DNA of 64,000 bases from Solibacteraceae bacterium (GCA_037440765.1 JBBITL010000018.1:3295-67294), one strand, 5' to 3'; shown: positions 1 through 10,800, counted from the first letter of the stretch. Notes: a model not told the origin generated them from the sequence alone. Numbers and translations are program-made.

Positions 1-951
1 CGTCTGATGAACCAGTTGATGGACCCGGCCGCGCGCGAACAGGTGCTCCGGGCGCACCGGCCCGGCGCCGCCGAACCAGCGCCGGATACGGCCTCCGCAC
101 AGGTGGCTCCGGCCGCGCGGCGCTCGCCGAAGGTCCGCGCGGATCTGCCCGTTCCTGACGCGCCTTACCTTGACCGCAAGGTCCGCGATGTGCCGCAGTT
201 GGCCGAGGTCTGGGGATACGTCAACCCGCAGATGCTGTTCGGAAAGCACCTCGGCTTCCGCGGCAGCTTCGAGAAGCGCCTGGCAGAGCGCGACCAGAAA
301 GCGCTCGAGCTGTTCCACCAGATGGAGGAGGTCAAGCGCTGGGCGGCAGGGTTCATGAAAGTCCGCTGCGTATGGCAGTTCTTCGAGGCGGAAGGCGGAG
401 GGAATTCTATCCATTTGTTCATTCCGGGCGCGGCCGCGCCAGTGCATTCGTTTCATCTCGGCCGGCAGGCGAAGCAGGACGGCCTGTCCCTTGCCGACTA
501 TGTGCTGGACCCCGCCGGTGGCCGCCGCGACCACATCGCGGTGTTCGTGGTTACCGCGGGGGAGGGGATTCGGGAGCGCGCCGAAGCCGCCAGGTCCGCC
601 GGTGAATTCTTCCGCTCCCACGCTCTACAGGCCCTGGCGCTTGAGACGGCCGAGGGCGCGGCCGAGTGGCTGCACCGGCGCATCCGCGAAGACTGGGGCT
701 TTCCGGACCCGCCCTCGATGACCATGCATGACCGGTTCACCTCGCGCTACCGCGGCAAGCGCTACAGCTTCGGCTACGGCGCCTGTCCCAACCTGGAGGA
801 TCAGGCGGGTATCTGGAAGCTCCTGAATCCGGACGAAATAGGCGTCGCGCTCACCGACGGCTTCATGATGGACCCGGAGGCCAGCGTCAGCGCCCTGGTC
901 TTCCACCACCCCGACTGCGTGTACTTCACTGCTGGCGAGGCCCCCGGGTAG
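1..951 (+). CDS. metH: Cobalamin-dependent methionine synthase, C-terminal AdoMet-binding reactivation domain; 5' part lies outside the window
   Basis: ORF 7..951 is open to the left edge. The strings FGKHLGFRGSFEK, VRCVWQFFEAEG, YGACPNLEDQ and SVSALVFHHPD fit the MetH activation domain (Met_synt_B12). Stop TAG 949-951. Confidence 0.8.
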   Translation, partial: RLMNQLMDPAAREQVLRAHRPGAAEPAPDTASAQVAPAARRSPKVRADLPVPDAPYLDRKVRDVPQLAEVWGYVNPQMLFGKHLGFRGSFEKRLAERDQKALELFHQMEEVKRWAAGFMKVRCVWQFFEAEGGGNSIHLFIPGAAAPVHSFHLGRQAKQDGLSLADYVLDPAGGRRDHIAVFVVTAGEGIRERAEAARSAGEFFRSHALQALALETAEGAAEWLHRRIREDWGFPDPPSMTMHDRFTSRYRGKRYSFGYGACPNLEDQAGIWKLLNPDEIGVALTDGFMMDPEASVSALVFHHPDCVYFTAGEAPG

Positions 952-964
952 GTTCATCGCCCCC

Positions 965-3352
965 ATGCCCGTGCCGCTGCCCATTGATCCGCTGGTGCCG
1001 GAGATTCTGGCGGCGCTCGGGCGATCACGCAGCCTGGTTCTGGAGGCGCCGCCGGGGGCGGGGAAGACTACGCGCGTGCCGCCCGCGCTCCTTTCGCTGG
1101 GTTCTGACGACGTCTTGGTGCTGGAGCCGCGCCGGCTGGCGGCGCGCCTCGCGGCTCGCCGTGTCGCGTTTGAGATGGGCGAGGCGGCCGGCCGGACGGT
1201 GGGCTACCAGGTGCGCTTCGAGGAAGTCGCCGGCCCCGGGACCCGCCTGCGCTTTCTCACCGAAGGGGTACTCACCCGACGGCTCCTGACCGACTCTCAA
1301 CTCCAGGGCGCCGGCACCGTGGTTCTGGACGAGTTCCACGAGCGGCGCCTGGACGGCGACCTCGCCCTCGCTCTGCTCCGCCGCCTCCAGAACCACGCGC
1401 GGCCGGACCTGCGGCTGGTGGTGATGTCGGCCACCATGGACGGCGCGCGCGTGGCCCGCTTCCTCGGCGGCTCTCCGGTGCTGAAGTCCGAGGGGAAGCT
1501 GTACGACCTGGCGATCTCCTACACACCGTCGTCGCCCGAGCCGCTGGCCGGGCAGGTCGCACGGGCCCTGGACGGCCTCGTGCGGCAGGGTCTCGATGGA
1601 GACGTTCTGGTCTTCCTGCCGGGAGCGGTGGAGATACGCCAGGCGGCGCGGGCCTGCGCCGAAATCGCGCGCCGTGCGGACCTGCTGCTATTGCCGCTCT
1701 ACGGCGACCTCTCCGCGGAGGAGCAGGACCGGGCGGTCGCGCCGGCCGAACGCCGCAAGGTGATCCTCTCCACCAACGTGGCCGAAAGCTCGGTCACCAT
1801 CGAAGGCGTCTCGGCCGTGATCGACAGCGGCCTGGCCCGCGTGGCGGGTTTCTCCCGCTGGTCGGGACTGCCCACCCTGAACGTGCAGCGCGTGAGCAAG
1901 GCCTCCGCCATTCAGCGCGCGGGGCGGGCGGGCCGCGTGCGGCCCGGCCGGGTTATCAGGCTCTACCCGGCCGAGGATTTCCACCGGCGCCCTCCGCACG
2001 ACACGCCCGAGGTGGCGCGCAGGGAACTTTCCGAAGTCTGCCTGCAAACGGCGGCGATGGGGCTGAGTCTGGACGAGCTCGCGTGGCTCGATCCGCCACC
2101 TGAATCCGCAGCCGCCGCGGCCCGCCAGCTTCTCCGCGAGTTGGATGCGATCGACGACGCGGGCCGTCCGACCGGTCGCGGACGGCGCATGGCGGCGTAC
2201 CCGCTGCACCCGCGCCTGGCGCGGCTGGTGGTCGAGGCCGCCGGCCGCGGCGCGGGCGAAGATGCCTGCGCGCTGGCCGCGATGCTCAGCAGCGGCTCTC
2301 ATAAGGCAGGGCCGTCGGAGTTGCTGCATCTGCTCGACGGCGAGATGGACCCGGCCACGCGCCGTGTCTTTCGGCAGATCCTCCGAGTCAGGCGCCCGCG
2401 CGCCGTCCGCGCCGAAAACCGCGACGAGGCGCTTCGGATCTCGACGCTGGTGGCCTTCCCCGACCGCGTGGCCAGGCGGCGCACCGGCGACGAGTTGCTG
2501 ATGGCCTCCGGAGGCTCCGCCGTGCTCGCCCGAGAAGGAAGCAGCGACTGGCTGGTCGCGGTGGATATCGAGGAGCGGCGCGAGCGCGGCCTTCCCCTGG
2601 TTCGACTGGCGAGCGCGATCCGGCCCGAGTGGCTGCTCGACCTGTTCCCGGACCGGGTAACCACGCGCTCCACCGTCGAATGGAACCGCAAGGCGGAGAG
2701 GGTCGAGGCCGCCGAGGCGCTGGTCTACTTCGGACTCGTGCTGGAGGAGCATCGCAACGCCAGGCCCGATCCAGTAAGCGCGGCGGAGCTGCTTTCAGCC
2801 AAGGCGCTGGAGGCCGGGCTGGCCCGGTTCACCGATCCGGAGGAACTGGAGGAATTCCAGGCGCGGGTGGCGTTCGCCGCCGGCCACAGCTCACTCGCCC
2901 CGCTCGCCGAGGATGACCTGCGGGCGGCGCTGGAGAGCCTGTGCCGGGGCAGGCGCAGCTTTGCCGAGTTGCAGGAGGCGGCGGCGCAGGGCGGTTTCCT
3001 GCGCGCCCTGGCCGGCCGCCTGCCGCCGGGCGCCGAGCGCGTGCTAAGGGAAGTCGCCCCGGAGAGGCTGCGCCTGGCAGGGGGACGCCAGGTCCGAGTG
3101 CGCTATGCCCGCAACCAGCCGCCCTGGGTGGCATCCAGGCTCCAGGATTTCTTCGGCATGCGCGAGACGCCGCGCGTGGCGCGTGGCGCCGTACCCCTGG
3201 TGGTGCATCTGCTGGCGCCCAGCCAGAGGCCGGTGCAGACCACAACGGATCTTGCCGGTTTCTGGGAACGCCTCTATCCCCAGGTGCGCCGGGAGCTGTG
3301 TCGGCGCTACCCCAGGCACGCCTGGCCGGAGGACCCTTTCCGGGGTCAGTAG
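965..3352 (+). CDS. hrpB: ATP-dependent DEAH-box RNA helicase HrpB
   Basis: 795 aa. Walker A PPGAGKTTRVP, DEFHERRLDGD (DEAH-type box), SATMD, TNVAESSVTIEGV, QRAGRAGR. Length and C-terminal region are typical of HrpB. Confidence 0.85.
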   Translation: MPVPLPIDPLVPEILAALGRSRSLVLEAPPGAGKTTRVPPALLSLGSDDVLVLEPRRLAARLAARRVAFEMGEAAGRTVGYQVRFEEVAGPGTRLRFLTEGVLTRRLLTDSQLQGAGTVVLDEFHERRLDGDLALALLRRLQNHARPDLRLVVMSATMDGARVARFLGGSPVLKSEGKLYDLAISYTPSSPEPLAGQVARALDGLVRQGLDGDVLVFLPGAVEIRQAARACAEIARRADLLLLPLYGDLSAEEQDRAVAPAERRKVILSTNVAESSVTIEGVSAVIDSGLARVAGFSRWSGLPTLNVQRVSKASAIQRAGRAGRVRPGRVIRLYPAEDFHRRPPHDTPEVARRELSEVCLQTAAMGLSLDELAWLDPPPESAAAAARQLLRELDAIDDAGRPTGRGRRMAAYPLHPRLARLVVEAAGRGAGEDACALAAMLSSGSHKAGPSELLHLLDGEMDPATRRVFRQILRVRRPRAVRAENRDEALRISTLVAFPDRVARRRTGDELLMASGGSAVLAREGSSDWLVAVDIEERRERGLPLVRLASAIRPEWLLDLFPDRVTTRSTVEWNRKAERVEAAEALVYFGLVLEEHRNARPDPVSAAELLSAKALEAGLARFTDPEELEEFQARVAFAAGHSSLAPLAEDDLRAALESLCRGRRSFAELQEAAAQGGFLRALAGRLPPGAERVLREVAPERLRLAGGRQVRVRYARNQPPWVASRLQDFFGMRETPRVARGAVPLVVHLLAPSQRPVQTTTDLAGFWERLYPQVRRELCRRYPRHAWPEDPFRGQ

Positions 3353-4002
3353 ATGACGTAGGCCCGCACGGGGAAACTCGCGCCGCCCTTCCAGGCGATG
3401 GGGACCGCGTGCAAGGCCCCGCCCGAGGGCTCGAGCGACTCCAGGTTGGTCATGTGCTCGCAGACCGGCACGCCCGCCCCAAGCAGGAGCGTGTGCGCCG
3501 GCCGGGTCAGGTCAGCCACGTCGTCCACGTTCAGCGAGTCGATCCCGACGAACGCGGCGCGCCCGCCCACCAGGCCTTTGGCGCAATCCTCTCTCAGGAA
3601 CGGGTTCGGTTCGAAGTACCGCTCGGTCTTCCAGCGCCTCGACCAGCCGGTGAGGAACAGGACCGCCTTGCCGGCCAGCTTGCGCCCCCGCAGGACCTCG
3701 TGGCCCACCCCGCGGGACGTGCTGCCCCGCACGTCCACGACCTCCACCGGCAGATTCGCCAGCCTCTCCAGCGGCAGGCCCGCCAGGTCGGACTTGTCGG
3801 GGTAGCGGTGCCGGGGGGCGTCCACGTAGGTGCCGGTGTTCCCGCACAGGTGAAGGCTGGCGATGAAGAACTCCGCCCCGCCGGCGTACCGCAGCCGGGA
3901 GGACTGGTAGTCCAGCAGCACCTCGACCCAAGGCTCCGGCAGCCCGGGGTAGGTGCGCATCCCGGGCTCGATCGCGTGACTGACCTCAACGAAACGCGGC
4001 AT
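3346..4002 (-). CDS. Cyclase family protein (kynurenine formamidase-like)
   Basis: 218 aa. GNTGTYVDAPRH metal-site-like motif of putative cyclases. Overlaps the upstream transporter gene by 17 nt on the same strand. Confidence 0.6.
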   Translation of the reverse strand: MPRFVEVSHAIEPGMRTYPGLPEPWVEVLLDYQSSRLRYAGGAEFFIASLHLCGNTGTYVDAPRHRYPDKSDLAGLPLERLANLPVEVVDVRGSTSRGVGHEVLRGRKLAGKAVLFLTGWSRRWKTERYFEPNPFLREDCAKGLVGGRAAFVGIDSLNVDDVADLTRPAHTLLLGAGVPVCEHMTNLESLEPSGGALHAVPIAWKGGASFPVRAYVIY

Positions 4003-5353
4003 GGCCCTTGTCCATCCTCTTCTCCAGTTCTTCGAGAGTCACGCCCTTGGTTTCCGGATAGACGAACAGCACGACGAAGAACTGCACCACCGTCATGGCG
4101 GTGAAGAAGGCGAATGGAGTGCCTCCCGACCTCGCCGCCATCAATGGAAACACTCCGCTGATCAAGGCATTCATGAACCAGTGCGTGAAGCTGCCCAGGC
4201 TCTGGCCCTTGGCGCGCACCAGGTTGGGGAACACCTCGCTAAGGTACACCCAGATGACCGAACCCTGGGAGAAGGCGAAGAAGGCGATGAACAGAACCAG
4301 CAGCCAAAGCAGCATGCCCTGGTAAAGGCCGGTGAAGAAGACGAAAGAGACCCCCGCCAGGCAGGCCGCTGTTCCCACCGCCCCCACCAGCAGCAGCTTC
4401 TTCCGTCCAAGCCGGTCGATCAGGCTCATGGCGATGAGGGTGAAGACCAGGTTGGTGAAGCCGATGGCCACGGCCTGGAGGTCGCTGGAGACCTTATCGA
4501 ACCCGGCTCGCGCGAAGATGTCGTTCAGGTAGTAGAGAATCGCGTTGATCCCGGTGAGCTGGTTGAACATCCCGATGGTGACGGCCAGCAGGATCGGCAG
4601 GCTGTACCTGCGCTGGAATAGCGGGACGCTGCGTCCTGACTTCTCTCCTGAGACCGTGGCCACGATGTCCTGGATTTCGCGGTCCACATCCTGCTCGCCG
4701 ACCCGCACCAGCACCTCGCGCGCCTCCTGCTGGCGGCCGCGGCGGACCAGCCAGCGCGGGCTCTGAGGGATGCCGAACAGCGCGAAGAAGAACAGGATGG
4801 CGGGAGCCGCCGCCACGCCCAGCTTCCAGCGCCACTCGACATCACCCAGGCCCATCAGCCCCACGAGGTAATTCGAGAAGTACGCCAGCAGGATTCCGAA
4901 CACGATATTGAACTGGAACAGCGCCACCAGCCGGCCGCGGCGGGCGGCGGGGGCGATTTCGGCGATGTACATCGGTCCGATCACCGACGAGCCTCCGATC
5001 GCCAGGCCTCCGATCACGCGGGCGGCCACCAGCGAGTACCAGTCCCAGGCGAAGGCGCATCCGAAGGCCGAGACCACGTAGAACACCGCCAGGCCGCGCA
5101 GCGCCGTGCGCCGCCCGTAGCGGTCGCTGGGGTATACCGCGAACAGGCTGCCGAGCACGGTGCCCCACAGCGCGCTCGCAACCGTGAAGCCGAGCAATCC
5201 CGGCGAAAGCTGGTACTCGTCGGTCAAGGCCCTGGTAGCCCCCGAAATCACGGCCGTGTCGAAACCGAACAGCAGCCCGCCCAGCGCCGCGACCAGCGTA
5301 CTGCGCAGCAGATATCGATTCACTCTTACCGCTTGTGCCATCTCCGTAACCAC
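3986..5353 (-). CDS. MFS sugar porter (sugar:H+ symporter family)
   Basis: 455 aa, about 12 hydrophobic segments. Sugar-porter signatures GFDTAVISGA, DRYGRR, PQSPRWL, GRKKLLL, PETKG. Confidence 0.85.
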   Translation of the reverse strand: MVTEMAQAVRVNRYLLRSTLVAALGGLLFGFDTAVISGATRALTDEYQLSPGLLGFTVASALWGTVLGSLFAVYPSDRYGRRTALRGLAVFYVVSAFGCAFAWDWYSLVAARVIGGLAIGGSSVIGPMYIAEIAPAARRGRLVALFQFNIVFGILLAYFSNYLVGLMGLGDVEWRWKLGVAAAPAILFFFALFGIPQSPRWLVRRGRQQEAREVLVRVGEQDVDREIQDIVATVSGEKSGRSVPLFQRRYSLPILLAVTIGMFNQLTGINAILYYLNDIFARAGFDKVSSDLQAVAIGFTNLVFTLIAMSLIDRLGRKKLLLVGAVGTAACLAGVSFVFFTGLYQGMLLWLLVLFIAFFAFSQGSVIWVYLSEVFPNLVRAKGQSLGSFTHWFMNALISGVFPLMAARSGGTPFAFFTAMTVVQFFVVLFVYPETKGVTLEELEKRMDKGHAAFR

Positions 5354-5569
5354 GATGCCTTTCCCCTATACCTTGAACCGGCTGAGATCCAACCCGGCGG
5401 GCCTCAAGGGCCAGGCGCGAAGGGACTCCAGCCGCGCGGACGCACCGCGCGTTCCGCCGGCGCGGGCGAACACGGCGAAGCCCTGAGCCGGTTTGCCCTG
5501 CGCCGAACGCCGCACCTCGAAGCCGAACTCCCCGGCGCCCGGGCCGCTGAACTCAGCCTCCACCTCTCT

Positions 5570-6562
5570 TCAACCCCCGATGGATGGCGCCTCATCCATC
5601 CGCCACTCGGGGGCTCCGCCCGGCCGGCTGGCGACGAGCGCGCCGATGCGATTCCCGAACGCGGCGATCTCCCCGGGCGGCCAGCCCATCGACAGACCGT
5701 GAACGAATGCGGCAGTGAATGCGTCACCCGCGCCCACCGTGTCGGCCACCTCCACCGGTATGCCCCCCGCGCTGGAGAAGTCGCCGTCGATCCAGACGGC
5801 GCAGCCGTGCTGGCCGAAGGTCACCGCTGCTGCCTCCCATCCAAACCGGAGAGCACCGGCGCGGCAGAAGGCCTCAACGCCCACGGGCAAATCGGCGAGC
5901 CGGGCAACAACCTTCATCTCGGATTCGCTGAACTTCACGGCACGGGCCTGCCCCAGCAGCCCGATCACCAGCTCGGGCGAGTAGCATTCGGGTCTCAAGT
6001 TCAGATCGTACACGGTGGCCGCCCCGGGCAGCGCGGCCACCAGCCGGCGCAGCGTCCGTCGTCCCTGGTCCGTCGTCATGAACAGAGTGCCATAGTACAG
6101 CCACCGCGGCGCCCATTGCGCCACGGCAGCGAATTGCGGGTCTGACAGCCGAACCGCGTCGTAAGCGGCGGGCCGCTGGATTCGAAAGCGGGTTTGGCCG
6201 TCCTGGCAAAGCTGAACCGAGGCAGTGCCAGTGGCGTGCCGGCCGGTGGTCTGGATGAAGCGGGCATTGATGCCCAGTCCTTGGATCTCCGTGAGCGCCG
6301 ACGCCCCGAGTTGGTCGTCTCCAACCGCGCTGATCAGGGCAGCCTCGTGGCCCATCCGGCCAATGTGAGCCGCGAAGTTCAGCGCCGCGCCCCCCAACCT
6401 TCTGGACTGGTCGAACACGTCCCACAAAACCTCGCCGAGAGCCAGGACGCGCCCGGGGCCGGCGGCTTTGAAACGTGCCCGCTGCACGGCCTGTTCGGTC
6501 AGATCAGATCTCCCGGCGTTGTTCATCTGCTGATTCCTGGTGCGGCATGTCTCACGGGTCAA
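5570..6562 (-). CDS. PfkB-family carbohydrate kinase (fructokinase-like)
   Basis: 330 aa. GGAALNFA and the DTVGAGDAFTAAF PfkB signature. 4-nt overlap with the upstream regulator gene. Confidence 0.8.
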   Translation of the reverse strand: MTRETCRTRNQQMNNAGRSDLTEQAVQRARFKAAGPGRVLALGEVLWDVFDQSRRLGGAALNFAAHIGRMGHEAALISAVGDDQLGASALTEIQGLGINARFIQTTGRHATGTASVQLCQDGQTRFRIQRPAAYDAVRLSDPQFAAVAQWAPRWLYYGTLFMTTDQGRRTLRRLVAALPGAATVYDLNLRPECYSPELVIGLLGQARAVKFSESEMKVVARLADLPVGVEAFCRAGALRFGWEAAAVTFGQHGCAVWIDGDFSSAGGIPVEVADTVGAGDAFTAAFVHGLSMGWPPGEIAAFGNRIGALVASRPGGAPEWRMDEAPSIGG

Positions 6563-7683
6563 CGGCCCGATCTCGCTGTCTTTGAATCCCTTGAGCCGCA
6601 GGACTCACGGACAACCACACGGAAGTCCAACAGTATGTCACGGGCCGGAAGAGAGGGCCGCGCCAGGCGGTCCAGCATGTGAGCGACCGCCGTCGCTCCA
6701 ATCGCGGCACAAGGCTGGTGGAGCGTCGTAAGGGGCACGGGCAGCAAGCTGGCGTATTTCACATCGTCCATTCCGGTCAGTCTGATCTGGCTCGGGACAT
6801 CCACTCCCAGTTCCTGAAGGGTCTTCATCAGTTGTCCGGCAGTGAAGTCATTGGCGCAGACGATGCCGTCCGGATGCGTCCGGCCCAGAAGCGCCTTGAC
6901 GCCCTCCTTGTCCCACGGCTCGATCCGGCTGAGGCTGCCGGGGTTGAACTCCAACCCTGCGTCGAGAACGGCTTCCCGGAATCCGGCCAGGCGGGCATCC
7001 ACCGTCGGGGCCGATCGAGGGCGGCCCAGGAAGGCCAGCCGTGTGCAGCCTGCCCGCAGCAGATGCCTGGCCATGACATAACCCGCGCGCCGGTTGTCAA
7101 TGCCCACCAGGTCGTAGCGGCTCCGCTCCGGATATGCCACCAGGTCCCGGTCCAACAGCACGATGGGAGTGCCCGCGTCGTCGAAGACCTTGGCGATGCG
7201 CCGGTTGGTGGTGTCCTTCCCCGGCGTGAGCTCCAGCGGCGCAAAGAACACGCCGGCCACCTTCTTATCCAGCAGTTGCAGGCAGTGTTCCTTGGCTTCG
7301 GACTCCCTCGCTTCCGAGTCGGACAGAGGCCGGCACCAGAGCAGGGCGTGCCGCTCCATCTGCGGCGCCTGAACCATCCCCTGACAGATCGGCTCGAAAA
7401 TCTCGGTCTGGCCCAACTCCGGTATCAAGAGTCCGAAAGTGAGGCAGTCCCCCGTCTCCTCTCTGACGTAGCTGCCCGACCCGGCGCGTCTTTCGATCAG
7501 GCCGGCGACCTGGAGTTCGCGAAGAGCCCGGTTCACCGTGATCCTCGACGTCGCGAACTTCCGCACCAATTCGGCTTCGCTGGGGAGTCGTTTACCCGGA
7601 GAATACTGCCTGGACCGGATCGCATCCCTAAGTTCTTCAATTATCTGCTGGTATTTCGGCAGCGCCTGCACAGGAAGTGGCAC
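6559..7683 (-). CDS. AraR-like regulator: GntR winged-helix N-terminus fused to a LacI/PBP type I sugar-binding domain
   Basis: 374 aa. LPSEAELVRKFATSRITVNRALRELQVAGLIERRAGSGSYV (GntR HTH). C-terminal part has LAFLG and GIVCANDFTAGQ, typical of LacI-type effector domains. GTG start. Confidence 0.8.
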   Translation of the reverse strand: MPLPVQALPKYQQIIEELRDAIRSRQYSPGKRLPSEAELVRKFATSRITVNRALRELQVAGLIERRAGSGSYVREETGDCLTFGLLIPELGQTEIFEPICQGMVQAPQMERHALLWCRPLSDSEARESEAKEHCLQLLDKKVAGVFFAPLELTPGKDTTNRRIAKVFDDAGTPIVLLDRDLVAYPERSRYDLVGIDNRRAGYVMARHLLRAGCTRLAFLGRPRSAPTVDARLAGFREAVLDAGLEFNPGSLSRIEPWDKEGVKALLGRTHPDGIVCANDFTAGQLMKTLQELGVDVPSQIRLTGMDDVKYASLLPVPLTTLHQPCAAIGATAVAHMLDRLARPSLPARDILLDFRVVVRESCGSRDSKTARSGR

Positions 7684-7689
7684 AATCTG

Positions 7690-7718
7690 ATATTACAGCA
7701 TTTCGGCGAGTTTGGCAA
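7690..7718 (-). promoter_or_regulatory. Candidate sigma70-type promoter of the regulator gene (TTGCCA-17-TAATAT); implies a leaderless GTG start
   Basis: Reverse complement reads TTGCCA (7718-7713), 17-nt spacer, TAATAT (7695-7690). The GTG start codon lies 6 nt downstream of the -10 box. Confidence 0.4.
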
Positions 7719-7742
7719 CTACCTTGATTCAAGGATTTTTTC

Positions 7743-7771
7743 TTGACATGCTCCCGTGCGAGACGTAGCAT
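7743..7771 (+). promoter_or_regulatory. Candidate sigma70-type promoter for the TBDR-1 operon (TTGACA-17-TAGCAT)
   Basis: TTGACA 7743-7748, 17-nt spacer, TAGCAT 7766-7771, in a locally AT-richer intergenic region. Confidence 0.4.
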
Positions 7772-7792
7772 ATTGTAAGGCCTGCTTGAGTA

Positions 7793-7810
7793 AATCTGAC
7801 ATATCAGATT
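7793..7810. promoter_or_regulatory. Perfect palindrome AATCTGA-cata-TCAGATT; candidate operator of the AraR-like regulator
   Basis: 7-4-7 perfect inverted repeat read directly. A third half-site, AATCTGA, lies at 7684-7690 next to the regulator start codon. Confidence 0.4.
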
Positions 7811-7893
7811 AGGACATACGCCCGGTCGAGCAGGTGAGCCGAGGGGGCGTCAGCGCAAGGCCCTAGACTCCCCTCGGGGAAAGGTGGAGAGAG

Positions 7894-10800
7894 ATGAGAC
7901 AAGCATGGTACGCGGCCGTGCTGGCCGCGATGTTGAGTGGCGCCCTTTTCGGCCAGGCACTCAGTGGAACGGTTGCCGGCACCGTCACCGACCAAGCCGG
8001 TGCGGTAATTCCTGGCGCCAGGGTCACCCTAACGAACGAAGGAACCCAGTTTACGCGGGCGGTGGTGACGAACCAAAGCGGCCAATACGTCGCCTCCTCG
8101 TTCCCGCCAGGCAGGATCCGGCTGATGGTGGAGCTGCCGGGATTCCAGAGACTGGTGCGCGAGGGAGTCGAGCTTACGGCGGCCGACACCCTCACGGTCA
8201 ACCTGCAACTCCAGGTGGGCAACGTCCAGCAGACCATCGAGGTGACCGGCGCGGCTCCGCTGCTGCAAACCCAAACCGCCACCGTGTCGTCTTTGGTGAC
8301 GAACCAGCAGATTATGGAAATCCCGCTGAACGGCCGGTCTTTCACGCAGTTGCTCCAGCTCACGCCTGGCGTAGCCGCCGCGACGCCGGAACTGACCGCG
8401 AGCGGATTCGGCTATCGGGCTCGCGCCAACCAGGCTGTCAGCATCGGCGGCTCGCAGACCGGCAACAACAGCTACCTGGTCGACGGGATGTACAACAAGG
8501 AACTCTGGCTGAACGGCCTGGTCATCGTCCCCACGATCGACTCCATCCAGGAAGTGCGCGTCATGGCGAGCAATTTCTCGGCGGAGTACGGTGACGCCGC
8601 AGGGGCGGTGACTGTGGTTCAGACCAAGTCCGGCACAAACCAGTTTCACGGCAGCCTGTACGAGTTCTTGCGGAACGACAAGCTCGACGCCAACAGCTTC
8701 TTCAACAACCGGCAGGGGGTGCCCAAGACCGCGTTCCGGCGCAACGAATTTGGCGGGACGATCGGCGGCCCGGTTCAGAGAGACAAGACCTTCTTCTTCG
8801 GCGACTACCAGGGGATCCGGCGCCGCCAGCCCACTTCGAGCATCTCCACGATTCCGACGGTGGCCCGAATGGACATGATCCGGACCGGCGATTTCAGCGG
8901 CTTGGGGCAGCAGATCTACGATCCCGTCACCCTGGCGCCCGGACCGAACAACACCCAGGTTCGAGCGCCGTTCGCCGGAAACCGGATTCCGTCCAATCGC
9001 ATCGACCCGGTTGCCGTGAAGCTGATCAACCTGTTGCCTGAGCCGCAGATTGCGGCGACGACTCGCAACTATACACACGTCGACAGGACCACCCAACGGA
9101 CCGACCAGTTCGGCGTTCGTCTCGACCGCAACATCGGCGCCGCCGACCGGCTGTTCTTCAAGTACAACTACGACAATACCTACACGCGTTCTCCGGGCAG
9201 CATCCCCGCTCCGGCGGGCGCCGGAATCCCGATAGGCCCATACGTGACCGGGGGATCGGGCACGACGCTTAAGAACTGGTCGGTCGGCCTGAACTTCACC
9301 AAGGTCATCGGCACGAACGTCGTCAATGAGACGCGGCTTGGCGCCGTGCGCTGGAATTTCGGTCTGCTGCCCGCCGGCACGCCGTTCCCCACGGCCGCCG
9401 CCCTCGGCATGCCCGGCATTAACATCAGCGACAACTCAGGGGGACTGCCCGGCTTCACCATTTCCGGCGGATTCGCCACTATTGGCGATGCCAGCACGTT
9501 CCCCGAGTTCAGCCGGACCGTCAGCTACCAATACGAGAACATCACCACCGTCGCCAGGAGCTCCCACACCGTGAAGTTCGGCGTGCGTTACCTGCGGCAC
9601 GTGTTCAATGGCTACTCCGCGTTCCCAACGCGGGGAACGTACACATTCAACGGCCAATTCACCCGGCAGATGGGGACGAGCACAGCCGCGACGGCGCTCT
9701 CCGACTTCGCTCTCGGCGCGCCCGATACGGTCAACCGCGGCTACTTCCCCGGGGTCTTCGGCATACGCTTTCCCGCTTTCGCAGGCTTCGTGGAGGATAC
9801 CTGGCGGGTCAACAACAGGCTGACGCTGAACCTGGGACTGAGGTATGAGCTCCAAGGTTCCCCGTACGAGGTCCACGACCGCTGGTCCAACTTCAACATC
9901 GTCACCGGCAAGCTGATGATCGCCAACCTGGAGGGCAACAGCCGCACCGTGCGGAACCATGACACCAACAACTTCGGCCCTCGGGTCGGCATCACCTATC
10001 AGTTGGATTCGAAGACCGTCATCCGGACAGGAGCAGGTGTCTCTTATACGGAGCAGTTTGACGGAGGGACGCAACTGTACAAGAACCTCCCGTACATGGT
10101 GACCCAGAGGATCGCGACGGACCAGAACGGCTCGCCGGCGCGTTACATCCGGGACGGCCTGCCGCTGCCGGTAGCCTTGTCGCCCGCCGATCCAGCCGTC
10201 AACGGCGGCAGCCCCATGGCGTACCCGATCGACTTCAGGACTCCCAAGATGTTCCAGTGGAGCTTCGGCCTTCAGCGTGAGATCCTGCCGGACCTGATGC
10301 TGGAGACATCCTACGTCGGCTCGCGCGGCATCAACCTGATGGCGAAGGTCAACACCAATCAGCCCTACCCCGGTCCGGGCGCCCGGGACCCGCGACGCCC
10401 CCTCTATCCGGTGAATCAGATCGTGGGCGACAACATCTACCACGACAACTGGGGAGCCTCGAAGTACCATTCCCTGCAAGCCCGCGTCCAGACCAGGGCG
10501 CGCCATGGCCTCACGACCGGCCTCTCCTACACGTGGGCCAAGAACATGATCAACACGGGGGAGAACCAGGGCGCCAACACGGCGCAGGACGCGCGCAACT
10601 TGCAGGTGGAGTGGGGCAACGCCGCCGTGAATCGCCGCCACGTGGTCGTGATCAACCACGTGTACCAGTTGCCGTTCGGTAAGGGAAGGTCACACCTGGC
10701 AGAGGGCCTGCTGGGCCACATTGTGGGGAATTGGAACGTCTCAGGCGTCTGGAGCATGATGACGGGAACCTGGTTCACTCCCCGCAACCCCACCGAAGTC

